Of a stretch of 64,000 nucleotides of DNA, positions 1 to 8,590 are shown one piece after another. The stretch's first letter is position 1, and each line of letters opens with the position of its first letter. This stretch comes from Nevskiaceae bacterium (GTDB taxonomy: Bacteria > Pseudomonadota > Gammaproteobacteria > Nevskiales > Nevskiaceae), in assembly GCA_008012115.1 (NCBI GenBank), contig SSEB01000010.1, positions 47,407-111,406 of the forward strand, given 5' to 3'. Position numbers and translations under genes: made by a program. The notes beneath the pieces were generated by a model. It saw nothing but the letters and a program-made list of their open reading frames with translations, did no database searches and was not told the DNA's origin.

Positions 1-101
1 TCGAGCGCGCCACCGAAACGCTGCGCCTGATCCATCCGGCCAATTACAATTACTTCAACATCCTGCGCAACAAGCTCCACTGGGGCCGCGCGCCCGCCTG
101 A
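1..101 (+). CDS. nadK: NAD kinase, C-terminal fragment (gene starts upstream of the window)
   Basis: Frame 3 reads [32 protein letters not shown] and stops at TGA 99-101. The tail resembles NAD kinase, and nadK-recN adjacency is common. Confidence 0.5.
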   Translation, partial: ERATETLRLIHPANYNYFNILRNKLHWGRAPA

Positions 102-109
102 CGCGCTGC

Positions 110-1792
110 ATGCTCAAGCATCTCCACATCCGCAATCTCGCCATCATCGACGAGCTGACGCTCGATTTCGCCGCCGGCTTCACCGCGCTCACCGGCGAGA
201 CCGGCGCCGGCAAGTCCATCCTGATCGACGCCATCGGCCTGATCGTCGGCACCCGCGCCGACAGCGCCCTGGTGCGCGCCGGCCAGGAGAAAGCCGAGAT
301 CAGCGCCGAGTTTTCCCTGGCCGACTGCGCCGCCGCGCGCGACTGGCTGCGCGAGCAGGAGATGCTGGATGCCGACGACCACAATCTGTGCGTGATCCGC
401 CGCGTGGTCTACGCCGAGGGCCGCACCCGCGCCTTCGTCAACGGCAATGCGGTCAACGCCGGCCAGCTGCGCGAGCTGGGCGAGACGCTGATCGAAATCT
501 TCGGCCAGAGCGAAAGCCAGACCCTGCTGCGCGGCGACGTGCAGCGCCGCCTGCTCGACGAGTTCGGCGCCTACCCCAAGGCGCTGGAGACAGTGGCGCA
601 GGCGGCGCGGGCGCATGCCGACCTCGAGCGCCAGATCGAACGGCTGCGCGGCGCCGGCGAGCGCGATCCGGCGCAGCTCGATTACCTGCGCTTCCAGCTG
701 CGTGAACTGGAGGCGCTGAACCTGCAGGACGGCGAGCTGGAGCAACTCGAAGCCGATCATCGCCGCCTGGCCAATGCCGGCAAGCTGATCGGCGACGGCG
801 GCCAGGCGCTGGACCTGCTCTACGGCGGCGAGTCCAGTATCTACGATCAACTGACCCGGGCCAGCGGCCTGCTCGGCGCGCTGTCCGCCATCGACCCGGG
901 CTTCGGCGAGCCGCTGACCGCCGTCGACGCCGCTCAGGCGCAGGTGCGTGAGGCGGCCGACGCGCTGCGCCGCACGCTGGACCGCCTCGATCTCGATCCC
1001 GACCAGCTGGCGCAGCTGGAGCGCCGCCTCGCGGGCATTCACGACCTGGCGCGCAAGCACCGCATCAAGGCTGCCGAACTGCCGCAGCGACTCGCCGCGC
1101 TGACCGCCGAGCTGGACGAACTCGAACACGCCGCCGGCCGCCTCGCGGCGCTCGAACAGCAGCGCGATGCCGCGCTCAAGACCTACCGCAACGCGGCGCA
1201 GAAACTCAGTACCGAACGCGCCAAGGCCGCCAAGAAGTTCGGCGACGGCGTCAGCGCCATCGTGCGCCAGCTCGGCATGGCCAACGCGCAGTTCATCGCC
1301 GCGGTGGAGCCTGCCGCCGGCGACAAGCCGCGCCTCCACGGCGACGACGAGATCCGCTTCGATTTCTCCGCCAACCCCGGCCAGCCGCCGCGGCCGCTGG
1401 CCAAGGTCGCCTCCGGCGGCGAGCTGTCGCGCGTGTCGCTGGCGATCCAGGTCGTCGGCACCCAGCGCGGCGGCGCGGCGACGATGATCTTCGACGAGGT
1501 CGATGCCGGCATCGGCGGCGGCACCGCCGAGATCGTCGGCCAGAAACTGCGCGCGCTGGGCGACGGCCGCCAGGTGCTGTGCGTGACGCACCTCGCGCAG
1601 GTGGCGGCGCAGAGCCGCAACCACTTCGGCATCCGCAAGGAGGTCCGCACTGGCCAGACCTTCACCCGCGTGCGACCGCTGGCCGACCAGGAGCGCGTGG
1701 AGGAGCTGGCGCGCATGCAGGGCGGCGTCGAGATCACCGCCGGTGCGCTGACCCACGCCCGCGAACTGCTTAAAAACGCCGCCAAGGCCTGA
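110..1792 (+). CDS. recN: DNA repair protein RecN
   Basis: 560 aa. N-terminal MLKHLHIRNLAIIDELTLDF...LTGETGAGKSILIDAIG (Walker A), long coiled-coil middle, C-terminal SGGELSRVSLAIQV signature and MIFDEVDAGIGG Walker B. Confidence 0.95.
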   Translation: MLKHLHIRNLAIIDELTLDFAAGFTALTGETGAGKSILIDAIGLIVGTRADSALVRAGQEKAEISAEFSLADCAAARDWLREQEMLDADDHNLCVIRRVVYAEGRTRAFVNGNAVNAGQLRELGETLIEIFGQSESQTLLRGDVQRRLLDEFGAYPKALETVAQAARAHADLERQIERLRGAGERDPAQLDYLRFQLRELEALNLQDGELEQLEADHRRLANAGKLIGDGGQALDLLYGGESSIYDQLTRASGLLGALSAIDPGFGEPLTAVDAAQAQVREAADALRRTLDRLDLDPDQLAQLERRLAGIHDLARKHRIKAAELPQRLAALTAELDELEHAAGRLAALEQQRDAALKTYRNAAQKLSTERAKAAKKFGDGVSAIVRQLGMANAQFIAAVEPAAGDKPRLHGDDEIRFDFSANPGQPPRPLAKVASGGELSRVSLAIQVVGTQRGGAATMIFDEVDAGIGGGTAEIVGQKLRALGDGRQVLCVTHLAQVAAQSRNHFGIRKEVRTGQTFTRVRPLADQERVEELARMQGGVEITAGALTHARELLKNAAKA

Positions 1793-1811
1793 TGCGGGCG
1801 CTGCGAGCGGC

Positions 1812-1921
1812 CACCCGCTCTGCCTCAACGAGCCCCGTTATTGGTTATTTTTTATTTAACGAATTTTAATTCGTTAAATAATTTATAACGATTTCCGCAG
1901 GCGATCCGACGAGAGCGGGTG
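1812..1921 (+). repeat. 110-bp GC-clamped AT-core dyad element, copy 1
   Basis: CACCCGCT at 1812-1819 and AGCGGGTG at 1914-1921 (perfect 11-bp inverted repeat CCACCCGCTCT/AGAGCGGGTGG at 1811-1821 and 1912-1922). Nearly pure A/T core. Perfect central palindrome TTAACGAATT-TT-AATTCGTTAA at 1856-1877, centred on the element midpoint. Lies between the convergent stops of recN and the His-rich protein gene. Confidence 0.85.
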
Positions 1922-1947
1922 GCCCCGCTGTCGCCTCCCAGCGACAC

Positions 1948-2298
1948 TCAGTCCTTCTTTTCGGAACTCTCGGCCGGCGTTTTCGACGGCGCGTGCACCT
2001 CGGAGGCGGCGTGCTTGACGTGCTCGGCGGCCGAATGCGCGGTGTGCCCCACGGCCTTGGCCGCCTTGTGCATGCCGTGGCCCGCCGCGTTGGCGCCCTT
2101 GGTGAGGGCATGACCGGTGGCGACGGCCGCGCTTTTCGCGGTGTGAACCACCACGTCCGCGCCACGCTCGACGCCCTGCCCGGCCTCGACCGCACCCTGC
2201 TTGATCTCCTGGCCGACCGTCTCGTCGGCGAACGCCGACGCGCAGACGCCGAGGCCGGCGATGAGCAGCAACCGCGAGGACACGATGTACTTGTTCAT
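1948..2298 (-). CDS. small secreted histidine-rich protein (hypothetical)
   Basis: Internal start MNKYIVSSRLLLIAGLGVCASAFA|DETV gives a signal peptide. The mature part has 9 His in repeated H-x-x-K/A-A contexts (GHALTKGANAAGHGMHKAAKAVGHTAHSAAEHVKHAASEVH). Its ATG overlaps the fur stop (ATGA at 2295-2298). Confidence 0.6.
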   Translation of the reverse strand: MNKYIVSSRLLLIAGLGVCASAFADETVGQEIKQGAVEAGQGVERGADVVVHTAKSAAVATGHALTKGANAAGHGMHKAAKAVGHTAHSAAEHVKHAASEVHAPSKTPAESSEKKD

Positions 2299-2750
2299 GA
2301 TCCACCTTTCTTGCGTGGCGCCGCGGCGGCGCCGCGGCAGTTGCTGCATTCGCCGTACATGATCAGGCTGTGCTCACGCAGCGAGAAGCCCAGCTCCTTG
2401 GCTTTTTCGTGCTGGCGACGCTCGATGACCGGGTCCTCGAACTCCACCACCAGACCGCACTTGATGCACACCAGATGGTCGTGATGATGGCCGCGCTCGA
2501 GTTCGAACACGGCATAGCCGCCCTCGAAATGGTGGCGCCGGACGAGGCCGGCGGACTCGAACTGCGTCAGCACGCGATAGACGGTGGCGAGACCGATGTC
2601 CTCGTGCAGCTCCAGCAGCTGGCGGTAAATGTCCTCCGCCGAAAGATGGCGCGCCGGGTTGTGCTCCAGCATCTCGAGGATCTTGAGTCGCGGCAGCGTG
2701 ACTTTGAGGCCCGCATTGCGGAGGTCTGAGGATTCCACGGGGACGACCAT
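2295..2750 (-). CDS. fur: ferric uptake regulator Fur
   Basis: LKVTLPRLKILEMLE...HLSAEDIYRQLL...IGLATVYRVLTQFESAGLV...HHHDHLVCIKCG...ECSNC. Start taken at MVVPVESS (ATG 2748-2750). Confidence 0.9.
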   Translation of the reverse strand: MVVPVESSDLRNAGLKVTLPRLKILEMLEHNPARHLSAEDIYRQLLELHEDIGLATVYRVLTQFESAGLVRRHHFEGGYAVFELERGHHHDHLVCIKCGLVVEFEDPVIERRQHEKAKELGFSLREHSLIMYGECSNCRGAAAAPRKKGGS

Positions 2751-2809
2751 GGTGCGATGGATTTTCGTTATTATCGCACTCCCTCCGAGATGTGGGCACC
2801 TCACTCCGC

Positions 2810-3256
2810 ATGCGCGCTTTACTGATCCTGACCGCGATCCTGGCCCTGAGCGCCTGCTCGCTGATCTACAAACTGCCGACCCGCCAGGGCAATGTCATCG
2901 ACCAGAAGCAGGTCGACCAGTTGGCGCTGGGCATGACCCGCGATCAGGTCCGTTACCTGCTCGGCACCGCGGTGGCGGCAAGCCCGTTCACCGGCAACCG
3001 CTGGGACTACATCGGCTATTACAAGTCGCCGCGCGGCGAGGAAAGCCGCCGGGCGGTCACCGTGTTCTTCGACGGCGACAAGGTCAGCCGCATCGACGGC
3101 CAGGCCGCTCCTGAGACGGTGACCAACCTGCAGCCGCCCGATCCGAAAACGGTCATCAACCAGCAGAAGAAGGAAGCGACCGAGGATTCCCGCGCCGAAA
3201 GCGCCAAGGGCCACGACGCCGGCGTGATCATCACGCCGCCCAACCAGACGCCGTAG
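2810..3256 (+). CDS. bamE: outer membrane protein assembly factor BamE (SmpA/OmlA lipoprotein)
   Basis: MRALLILTAILALSAC lipobox followed by IYKLPTRQGNVIDQKQVDQLALGMTRDQVRYLLGT. Divergent from fur, the usual omlA-fur arrangement. Confidence 0.85.
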   Translation: MRALLILTAILALSACSLIYKLPTRQGNVIDQKQVDQLALGMTRDQVRYLLGTAVAASPFTGNRWDYIGYYKSPRGEESRRAVTVFFDGDKVSRIDGQAAPETVTNLQPPDPKTVINQQKKEATEDSRAESAKGHDAGVIITPPNQTP

Positions 3257-3262
3257 GCCGGT

Positions 3263-3538
3263 TCAGCGCCGGCGTGTGACGCGCGCGCGCCGCGCCGCCT
3301 TGGGGTCGGCGCGCAGCGGCCGGTAGATCTCGACGCGGTCGCCGGCGGCCAGCGGCCGCGCCAGCGTCGCGCGTTGCCCGAATACGCCGACCGTGAGTGT
3401 CGCCAGCTCCAGTTCCGGGTGCTGCTCCAGCAGGCCGGATCGCAGGATCGCCTCGCGCAGCGTGGCGCCAGCGGGAACTTCAACCGCCAGCAGCGTCTGC
3501 CGCTGCGGCAGCGCATAAACCACCTCCACCCGTAGCAT
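3263..3538 (-). CDS. rnfH: RnfH family ubiquitin-like protein (UPF0125)
   Basis: MLRVEVVYALPQRQTLLAVEVPAGATLREAILRSGLL...GDRVEIYRPLRADPK. Directly downstream of ratA. Confidence 0.8.
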   Translation of the reverse strand: MLRVEVVYALPQRQTLLAVEVPAGATLREAILRSGLLEQHPELELATLTVGVFGQRATLARPLAAGDRVEIYRPLRADPKAARRARVTRRR

Positions 3539-3539
3539 T

Positions 3540-3980
3540 TCAGTGGCCGCTGCCATACACCACGGCGGCGCGTTGGCGGAAGGCATCGATCAGGCTGCCG
3601 ACGGCACGATCGATCCACGGCGTCAGGGTCGATTCCAGCACGCGGCTGCCGAACTCCAGCGAGATGCGCAGCGTGACCTTGCAGGCGCGCTCGGCCAGGG
3701 GCTGGAACTCCCAGGCGCCGCTGAGCTGACGGAACGGCCCTTCGAGCAGCGTCATGTGGATGCGGCTGCCATGCTCCAGGCGGTTCTCGGTGGCGAAGCT
3801 GTCGCTCAGCGCCTTCACGCGAAAGCCGAGACGCGCACGCACCAGCGTGTCCTCGGCATGCTCGACGCGCGCCGACACACAGCCCGGCAGGAACTGCGGG
3901 TAGGACTCGATATCGCCGACCAGCCGGTAGAGTTCTTCCGCGCTGTAGGTGAGCAGCGCCGTGCGTTCCAGCTTCGGCAT
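3540..3980 (-). CDS. ratA: SRPBCC-fold RatA/PasT (CoQ-binding Coq10-like) protein
   Basis: 146 aa. MPKLERTALLTYSAEELYRLVGDIESYPQFLPGC...FATENRL...LLEGPFRQLSGAWEFQPL. Conserved ratA-rnfH pair next to smpB. Confidence 0.8.
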   Translation of the reverse strand: MPKLERTALLTYSAEELYRLVGDIESYPQFLPGCVSARVEHAEDTLVRARLGFRVKALSDSFATENRLEHGSRIHMTLLEGPFRQLSGAWEFQPLAERACKVTLRISLEFGSRVLESTLTPWIDRAVGSLIDAFRQRAAVVYGSGH

Positions 3981-3981
3981 C

Positions 3982-5367
3982 TCACAGGCTCCAGAGCGAT
4001 GCCAGCCAGCCCAGGAGCCCGGCTGAATACGCCAGCACCACGATCAGGCCGATGCGCGCCGGATAGCGCAGCAGGCCGCGCCATAGACCATAGAGCCAGC
4101 GGTCGCGCTCGCCGAACGCCACGCGCGACAGTTCACCCGGCATGATGCGCGCCGCGAAAATGCACAGCAGCAGGCCGCAGGCCGGTGCGAACCAGTTGGA
4201 GGTGAGCACTTGCACCCATTCGAAGAAATTGAGACCGAACAGTCGCGCATCCTGCAGGATGCTAAAGCACAGCAGCGAGGCGATGCCGATGAACCAGATC
4301 ACCAGCGCGCTCCACACCGCCGCGAACACGCGGGTGGTCCGCTGCCAGTCCATCAGGAAGCGCGCCACCGGCTCCAGCAGGGTCACGGCCGAAGCCAGCG
4401 TGCTGGTCAGCAGCACCAGGAAAACGGCGACCGTCACCAGCACCCCACCGGCGTCGGCCGGCAGCGCGCGCGGCAGCACCTCGAAGATCAGCGCCAGCCC
4501 CGGTGCCGGCTGCAGCCCGGCGCTGAAGATCAGGGCAAAGATCGCGAGGCCGGCTAGCAGGCTGAATACGGTGTCCATCAGGATCACCACGACCGCCAGA
4601 CGCTTCAGCGGCGCGTTGGCCGGCAGATAGCTGCCCAGCGCCATCATCACCCCCATGCCCAGCGCCAGCGTGAAGAACGCCTGGTGCAGCGCCACCACCG
4701 CACCGCGCCAGCCGAACTTGTGCAGGTCCGGCGTCAGCAGGTAGCTCAGCGCCGCCTGGGTGTCGCCGCGGCGCATGGCATAGGCGCAGACCGCGATGGT
4801 CAGTATGAAGGCCGCCGGCACCAGGCGTCCGGCAGCGTGCTCGATGCCATCGCGCACGCCGTGGGCCACGACAATGCAGGTCGCCACCATGAACAGCGTG
4901 TGCCAGGTCAGGCTGCGTTCCGGGTCCTGCGCCAGATGCAGGAAGATCGCGCGCGCCTGTTCGGCATTGATGCCCGACAGCAGCCCGCCGGCGGCGCGCA
5001 CCGCGTAGGCCGCGCTCCATCCGGCGATGACGCTGTAGAACGACAGGATCAGGGCGGCACAGATCAGCGAGCCGGCGCCGATCACGATCCAGGCCCGGTG
5101 CGTCTTGGCGGCCTCGGTCAGCCGGGCGAAGCCGTTGACCAGGTCGTCGCGCATCCAGCGGCCCAGCATCCACTCGGTGACCAGCAGCGGAAGGCCGATC
5201 GCGAACAGGGCCAGGAGGTACGCCGCCAGGAACAGCACGCCGCCGTACTCGCCCATCAGGTAAGGCAGGCGCGCGACGTTGCCGATGCCCATCGCCGCAC
5301 CGCCCGCCACCCAGAGGAAGGCGCGACTCGACGACCAGTACCCGTAACTGCTTTCGCGGATGCTCAT
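3982..5367 (-). CDS. sodium-dependent transporter, neurotransmitter:sodium symporter (SNF/NSS) family
   Basis: 461 aa polytopic protein. N-terminal WSSSRAFLWVAGGAAMGIGNVARLPYLMGEYGG...LPLLVTEWMLGR is typical of NSS. Confidence 0.85.
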   Translation of the reverse strand: MSIRESSYGYWSSSRAFLWVAGGAAMGIGNVARLPYLMGEYGGVLFLAAYLLALFAIGLPLLVTEWMLGRWMRDDLVNGFARLTEAAKTHRAWIVIGAGSLICAALILSFYSVIAGWSAAYAVRAAGGLLSGINAEQARAIFLHLAQDPERSLTWHTLFMVATCIVVAHGVRDGIEHAAGRLVPAAFILTIAVCAYAMRRGDTQAALSYLLTPDLHKFGWRGAVVALHQAFFTLALGMGVMMALGSYLPANAPLKRLAVVVILMDTVFSLLAGLAIFALIFSAGLQPAPGLALIFEVLPRALPADAGGVLVTVAVFLVLLTSTLASAVTLLEPVARFLMDWQRTTRVFAAVWSALVIWFIGIASLLCFSILQDARLFGLNFFEWVQVLTSNWFAPACGLLLCIFAARIMPGELSRVAFGERDRWLYGLWRGLLRYPARIGLIVVLAYSAGLLGWLASLWSL

Positions 5368-5416
5368 GGGCCTAGTTTAGCCAGCGGCCGCTCCGGCCCG
5401 CACCTATAATGGGCGG

Positions 5417-5896
5417 ATGGGCAAGGCCAAAGAAGAAAAAGAAGCTCCGCGCATCATCGCCGTCAATCGCCGCGCGCGCCACGACTACTTCATCGAGCAG
5501 ACCTACGAGGCCGGCCTGTCGCTGATGGGCTGGGAAGTGAAAAGCCTGCGCGAAGGCAAGGCGCAGATCACCGAGGCCTACGTCATCCTCAAGAACCGCG
5601 AAGCCTTTCTGATCGGCGCGCATTTCACCGCCCTCAACAGTGCCTCCACCCACGTCCGTCCCGATGCCATCCGCACCCGCAAGCTGCTGCTGCACGAGCG
5701 CGAGCTGTCGCAGCTGGTCGGCAAGGTCGAGCGCGCCGGCTACACCGTGGTGCCGCTGGACCTGCACTGGAGCAACGGCCGCGCCAAGCTCGCCATTGGC
5801 CTGGCCAAGGGCAAGAAACAGCACGACAAGCGTGCCACCGAAAAAGAGCGCGACTGGAACCGCGAAAAAGAGCGCGTGATGCGGCGCGACCGCTGA
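5417..5896 (+). CDS. smpB: SsrA-binding protein SmpB
   Basis: [43 protein letters not shown]...[29 protein letters not shown]. tmRNA gene 50 bp downstream. Confidence 0.95.
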   Translation: MGKAKEEKEAPRIIAVNRRARHDYFIEQTYEAGLSLMGWEVKSLREGKAQITEAYVILKNREAFLIGAHFTALNSASTHVRPDAIRTRKLLLHERELSQLVGKVERAGYTVVPLDLHWSNGRAKLAIGLAKGKKQHDKRATEKERDWNREKERVMRRDR

Positions 5897-5945
5897 CCGC
5901 AAAGCGGGAACCCCGGCGCGCTGTGGTAGTCTTATGGCTGCTTAC

Positions 5946-6301
5946 GGGGCCGATCCGGATTCGACGGCGACTGGAAAGCTGACGTGCATGCCGAGCTGCG
6001 GTGGATCTCGTAAAACTCTTCCGCAAACAAGCTAGTTGCGAACGACGCGAACTACGCCCTCGCCGCTTAATCCGGTGAGCGTCTGACCGGTTGGTGTTGA
6101 TACCGCCGAATCAGACGTCGACTCATATCAACTCGCGGTGAGGCAGGTCACTGGCCAATCCGCTAAAACCCTAAAGTGAATAAGCGGCGGCGATCCGTGC
6201 CCATCCGGAAGCCACCGACCAAAATCAATGAACGGGCTACGCATGTAGATCGAAGGACGGAAGGTTGTCGGACGGGGGTTCAATTCCCCCCGGCTCCACC
6301 A
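5946..6301 (+). ncRNA. ssrA: tmRNA (ssrA)
   Basis: 5' GGGGCCGATCCGGATTCGACG pairs with 3' CGGCTCCACCA, including the G3:U alanine identity pair. T-arm GGGGGTTCAATTCCCCC. Tag reading frame GCG AAC GAC GCG AAC TAC GCC CTC GCC GCT TAA at 6038-6070 encodes ANDANYALAA. Confidence 0.9.
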
Positions 6302-6379
6302 ACATGGTGATGCGACCAACCACCGCTGCCTAAGTCAGACTAGTAAAGTCAGTGACTTAGCGGCGGTGGTTTTTTATTG
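6296..6379 (+). repeat. attL-like direct repeat (tmRNA 3' end plus terminator)
   Basis: CCACCAACATGGTGATGCGACCAACCACCGCTGCC (6296-6330) recurs identically at 14729-14763. GACTTAGCGGCGGTGGTTTTTTATTG (6354-6379) recurs at 14787-14812 with one mismatch. Confidence 0.85.
6320..6377 (+). terminator. ssrA intrinsic terminator (compound hairpin plus T-run)
   Basis: CCACCGCTGCC pairs with GGCGGCGGTGG. Inner stem TAAGTCA/TGACTTA. Followed by TTTTTT. Confidence 0.8.
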
Positions 6380-6601
6380 CCCGCCTCCTGACTCGTCAGC
6401 ATTTGGCACCAAAGGGCACCGGGAAGGCCACGGGAAGGCCACAGACAATTCGTCCATCTCGAAGCAGCGACGCCAACACCGGGACGCGCAGCGCCGGGGG
6501 TGGCGGCGCCTCACCACCCCGCGCACGCAGTCCACGCTTTGTCCACATGAGCCAGCCCCTACGGGTGCTGGAGCGATTGTGGGCAAAGGGTGGACTGCCT
6601 C

Positions 6602-7075
6602 TCACCCGGCTAACGCAATCGGCCAAGGGGGCGCGTCATGAGTGCCGGGGCGACGAGCGTAGCGAGTGCCCCCGGCGCGAGTGCCGCGCCCTTTGGGCTT
6701 GTCCCTTCTCCAACAAGTGACAGAAACCCCGACCTCATCATCGACCGATTCGAGAGTCGGTAACGACGAGTCCATCTTTGCAATCTTCGGCTTCGCACCG
6801 TTGCGGTTGCGGACCCGCTGCTGAGCCTTGTTGCGCTCGCGATATTCGTGGTGAGTTCTGCGGTACTCTCGCCAGTAGTCGGAATTCCGGCGGCACCAGG
6901 CCTTCTGTGCACTGCGCTGGTTTTCACGGTAGTCCGGATCCGTCCGGAGCTTGGCTTCCTGCCATCGGCGGCGGCGTTCGCGCTGACAGACAGCCGCCCG
7001 GCAGTAGGACTGTCGGGGAACTTGCGGCCGGGGACTGAAAAGTTGCCTGCAGGCAGCGCACAACCGTTTTTCCAT
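6602..7075 (-). CDS. hypothetical Cys4 zinc-ribbon-like, Arg/Tyr/Trp-rich protein
   Basis: N-terminal CAAC-x15-C-x4-C (MEKRLCAACRQLFSPRPQVPRQSYCRAAVCQ), then basic repeats DPDYRENQR...DYWREYRR..HEYRERNK. No family recognised. The C-terminal third may be read-through of a shorter gene. Confidence 0.4.
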   Translation of the reverse strand: MEKRLCAACRQLFSPRPQVPRQSYCRAAVCQRERRRRWQEAKLRTDPDYRENQRSAQKAWCRRNSDYWREYRRTHHEYRERNKAQQRVRNRNGAKPKIAKMDSSLPTLESVDDEVGVSVTCWRRDKPKGRGTRAGGTRYARRPGTHDAPPWPIALAG

Positions 7076-7240
7076 GAACAGCTCTCCATGCTCGAAATCG
7101 GCATGGGAACTGTGTGACGATGACGGTGCATCGACGCGGCCGGGGGACCGCGACCACCATGATCCATTTACTTCTCTGGCCCACGGGCGACGGGCCGGAA
7201 TTGCCCAGCGCCGTAGATCGGCACTGAAAGGGCGTTCCGA

Positions 7241-8590
7241 ATGTCGGTTCTACAAGCCTTGAAACAGCTGCCCGACGGGCTGTTTTGGAGTGCCCCGCTT
7301 GCCTCCGATTCGGACTTCACGGCGGAGGATCCGCTGGCGCTCGACTACCTCGGGCAACAGGTCGGCCTTTGGTTGTTCCGCGGGTTCACGACCCGGACCA
7401 ATCGGGCCCAGAACTACGCGGTCGTTCTCTACGGGCTCGACCTCGCAGAGAAGGCCATTCAGCGCTTCGGCTATCCGGGTGACGATGAAACCCGAACGCG
7501 CCTCTTCGAGCGCTGGGAGCGCTTCTGGGCGCTCGCGACCCTTGAGTTTCGGAACGGCCAGCTATCGCGGGGCGATGAGGATGCGATGCGAGGCGTGCGC
7601 GGCGCCACCCGAGCTTGGTTTCCCGGCAGCAAACCTCTTCCCACTGACTTCGCACTGATCTCGCGTCAAAACGAGCTGGGTGGTCTGGGCGCGTATTTGT
7701 CGTCCCTCCGGGAGTACGGATTGGTCTTCCCCGGATCGCTGCGCGTCACTCCCGCGGCACGTGAGATTCTTGACTCCTTCTGGTCGGACAAAACCGAGCG
7801 CGACTGGAGCCGTCTATACGAGGACTACGCTCTCTCCGCTTTGGACTTCGATGCCAAGACCATCCCACGGTCGAACGGGCGACTCACGCTTGGCGGGTTG
7901 GGCGATCGGTCTCGTCTCTCCAGCCTCCGACACCGCAGTCGCGGCGAACAACAGCAGCGCTTGTGGAACGCCTTGTTCGTCGGCGCGCGAGATGGGTCGA
8001 CGCTGCCTTTGGCCGAATGTCTCATCGCCGCCCATGAAGCCGGCGTGGACGATCCTGAACAACTACTGGAAGGCATGCTCGCCGACCGGTGGCGGCCGCT
8101 GACTTCTGACAATCGAGGCAAGGTTGAAATCGCATTGCTGTTCGGCAGGGTTGCTCGGCTGCTGCTTCGGCGATTCGACCGCGCGTACGGCCACGTCGAC
8201 GAACACGGATGGGTAGCGGATTTCGCGGCGGTTGCCGCCGCGTGTTTTCCGAACAAGGAGGCTACGGAGCTGCGCAAAGCCTGCACGGCCCTACTGGAAG
8301 CGCCTGACGCTCGGCGTTTCGGGGGCCTGCAGTTCCACGGTCCGGATTTCCTGACGCTCCTTCGAAGGTTGGCTTCGTCGACAGCGACCGCTTCGTTGGA
8401 ACACATGCTCGCGTTCCATCGCGCGGTTCAGCGCACGCGCCGAGGTGGAGGTTCCTGGTTGCGAACCGAGCAGGGAAAGCTCGTGATGCAAGTCGCGGGC
8501 TATGCGGGATACACGACCGACTCGGAATTTCCGGGGCTGAAACTCAACGTCGTGCGGCAGCTTCTCGGCGACTTGGGGAAGCTCCCATGA
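7241..8590 (+). CDS. hypothetical protein, first gene of the island three-gene cassette
   Basis: 449-aa ORF with normal amino-acid composition. Its stop overlaps the next start (ATGA at 8587-8590). No catalytic motif recognisable by eye. Confidence 0.7.
   Translation: MSVLQALKQLPDGLFWSAPLASDSDFTAEDPLALDYLGQQVGLWLFRGFTTRTNRAQNYAVVLYGLDLAEKAIQRFGYPGDDETRTRLFERWERFWALATLEFRNGQLSRGDEDAMRGVRGATRAWFPGSKPLPTDFALISRQNELGGLGAYLSSLREYGLVFPGSLRVTPAAREILDSFWSDKTERDWSRLYEDYALSALDFDAKTIPRSNGRLTLGGLGDRSRLSSLRHRSRGEQQQRLWNALFVGARDGSTLPLAECLIAAHEAGVDDPEQLLEGMLADRWRPLTSDNRGKVEIALLFGRVARLLLRRFDRAYGHVDEHGWVADFAAVAAACFPNKEATELRKACTALLEAPDARRFGGLQFHGPDFLTLLRRLASSTATASLEHMLAFHRAVQRTRRGGGSWLRTEQGKLVMQVAGYAGYTTDSEFPGLKLNVVRQLLGDLGKLP

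Noticed and set aside
50-1828. 592-aa ORF antisense to recN. Similar long antisense or alternate-frame ORFs occur at 4262-5173, 15080-16306, 20438-22177, 20970-22649, 23492-24814, 32410-34704, 37710-39752, 40426-42564, 47068-49260, 54876-56345, 57630-59321, 60519-62486 and 62555-63688.
   Set aside because: Each overlaps a gene with clear family motifs on the other strand or in another frame. Their translations are Arg/Ala/Gly/Pro-rich and low in complexity, as expected when stop codons are rare in GC-rich DNA. No RBS or family motif was seen.
6128-6319. 63-aa ORF on the - strand overlapping the tmRNA 3' domain
   Set aside because: It lies entirely within the ssrA gene and is a chance ORF.
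6380-6601. Looked for an integrase or integrase pseudogene next to attL
   Set aside because: Only short Arg/Gly-rich ORFs are present (6366-6641, 6403-6720 and others). No R..HxxR..Y-type recombinase motifs could be read, so nothing can be called.
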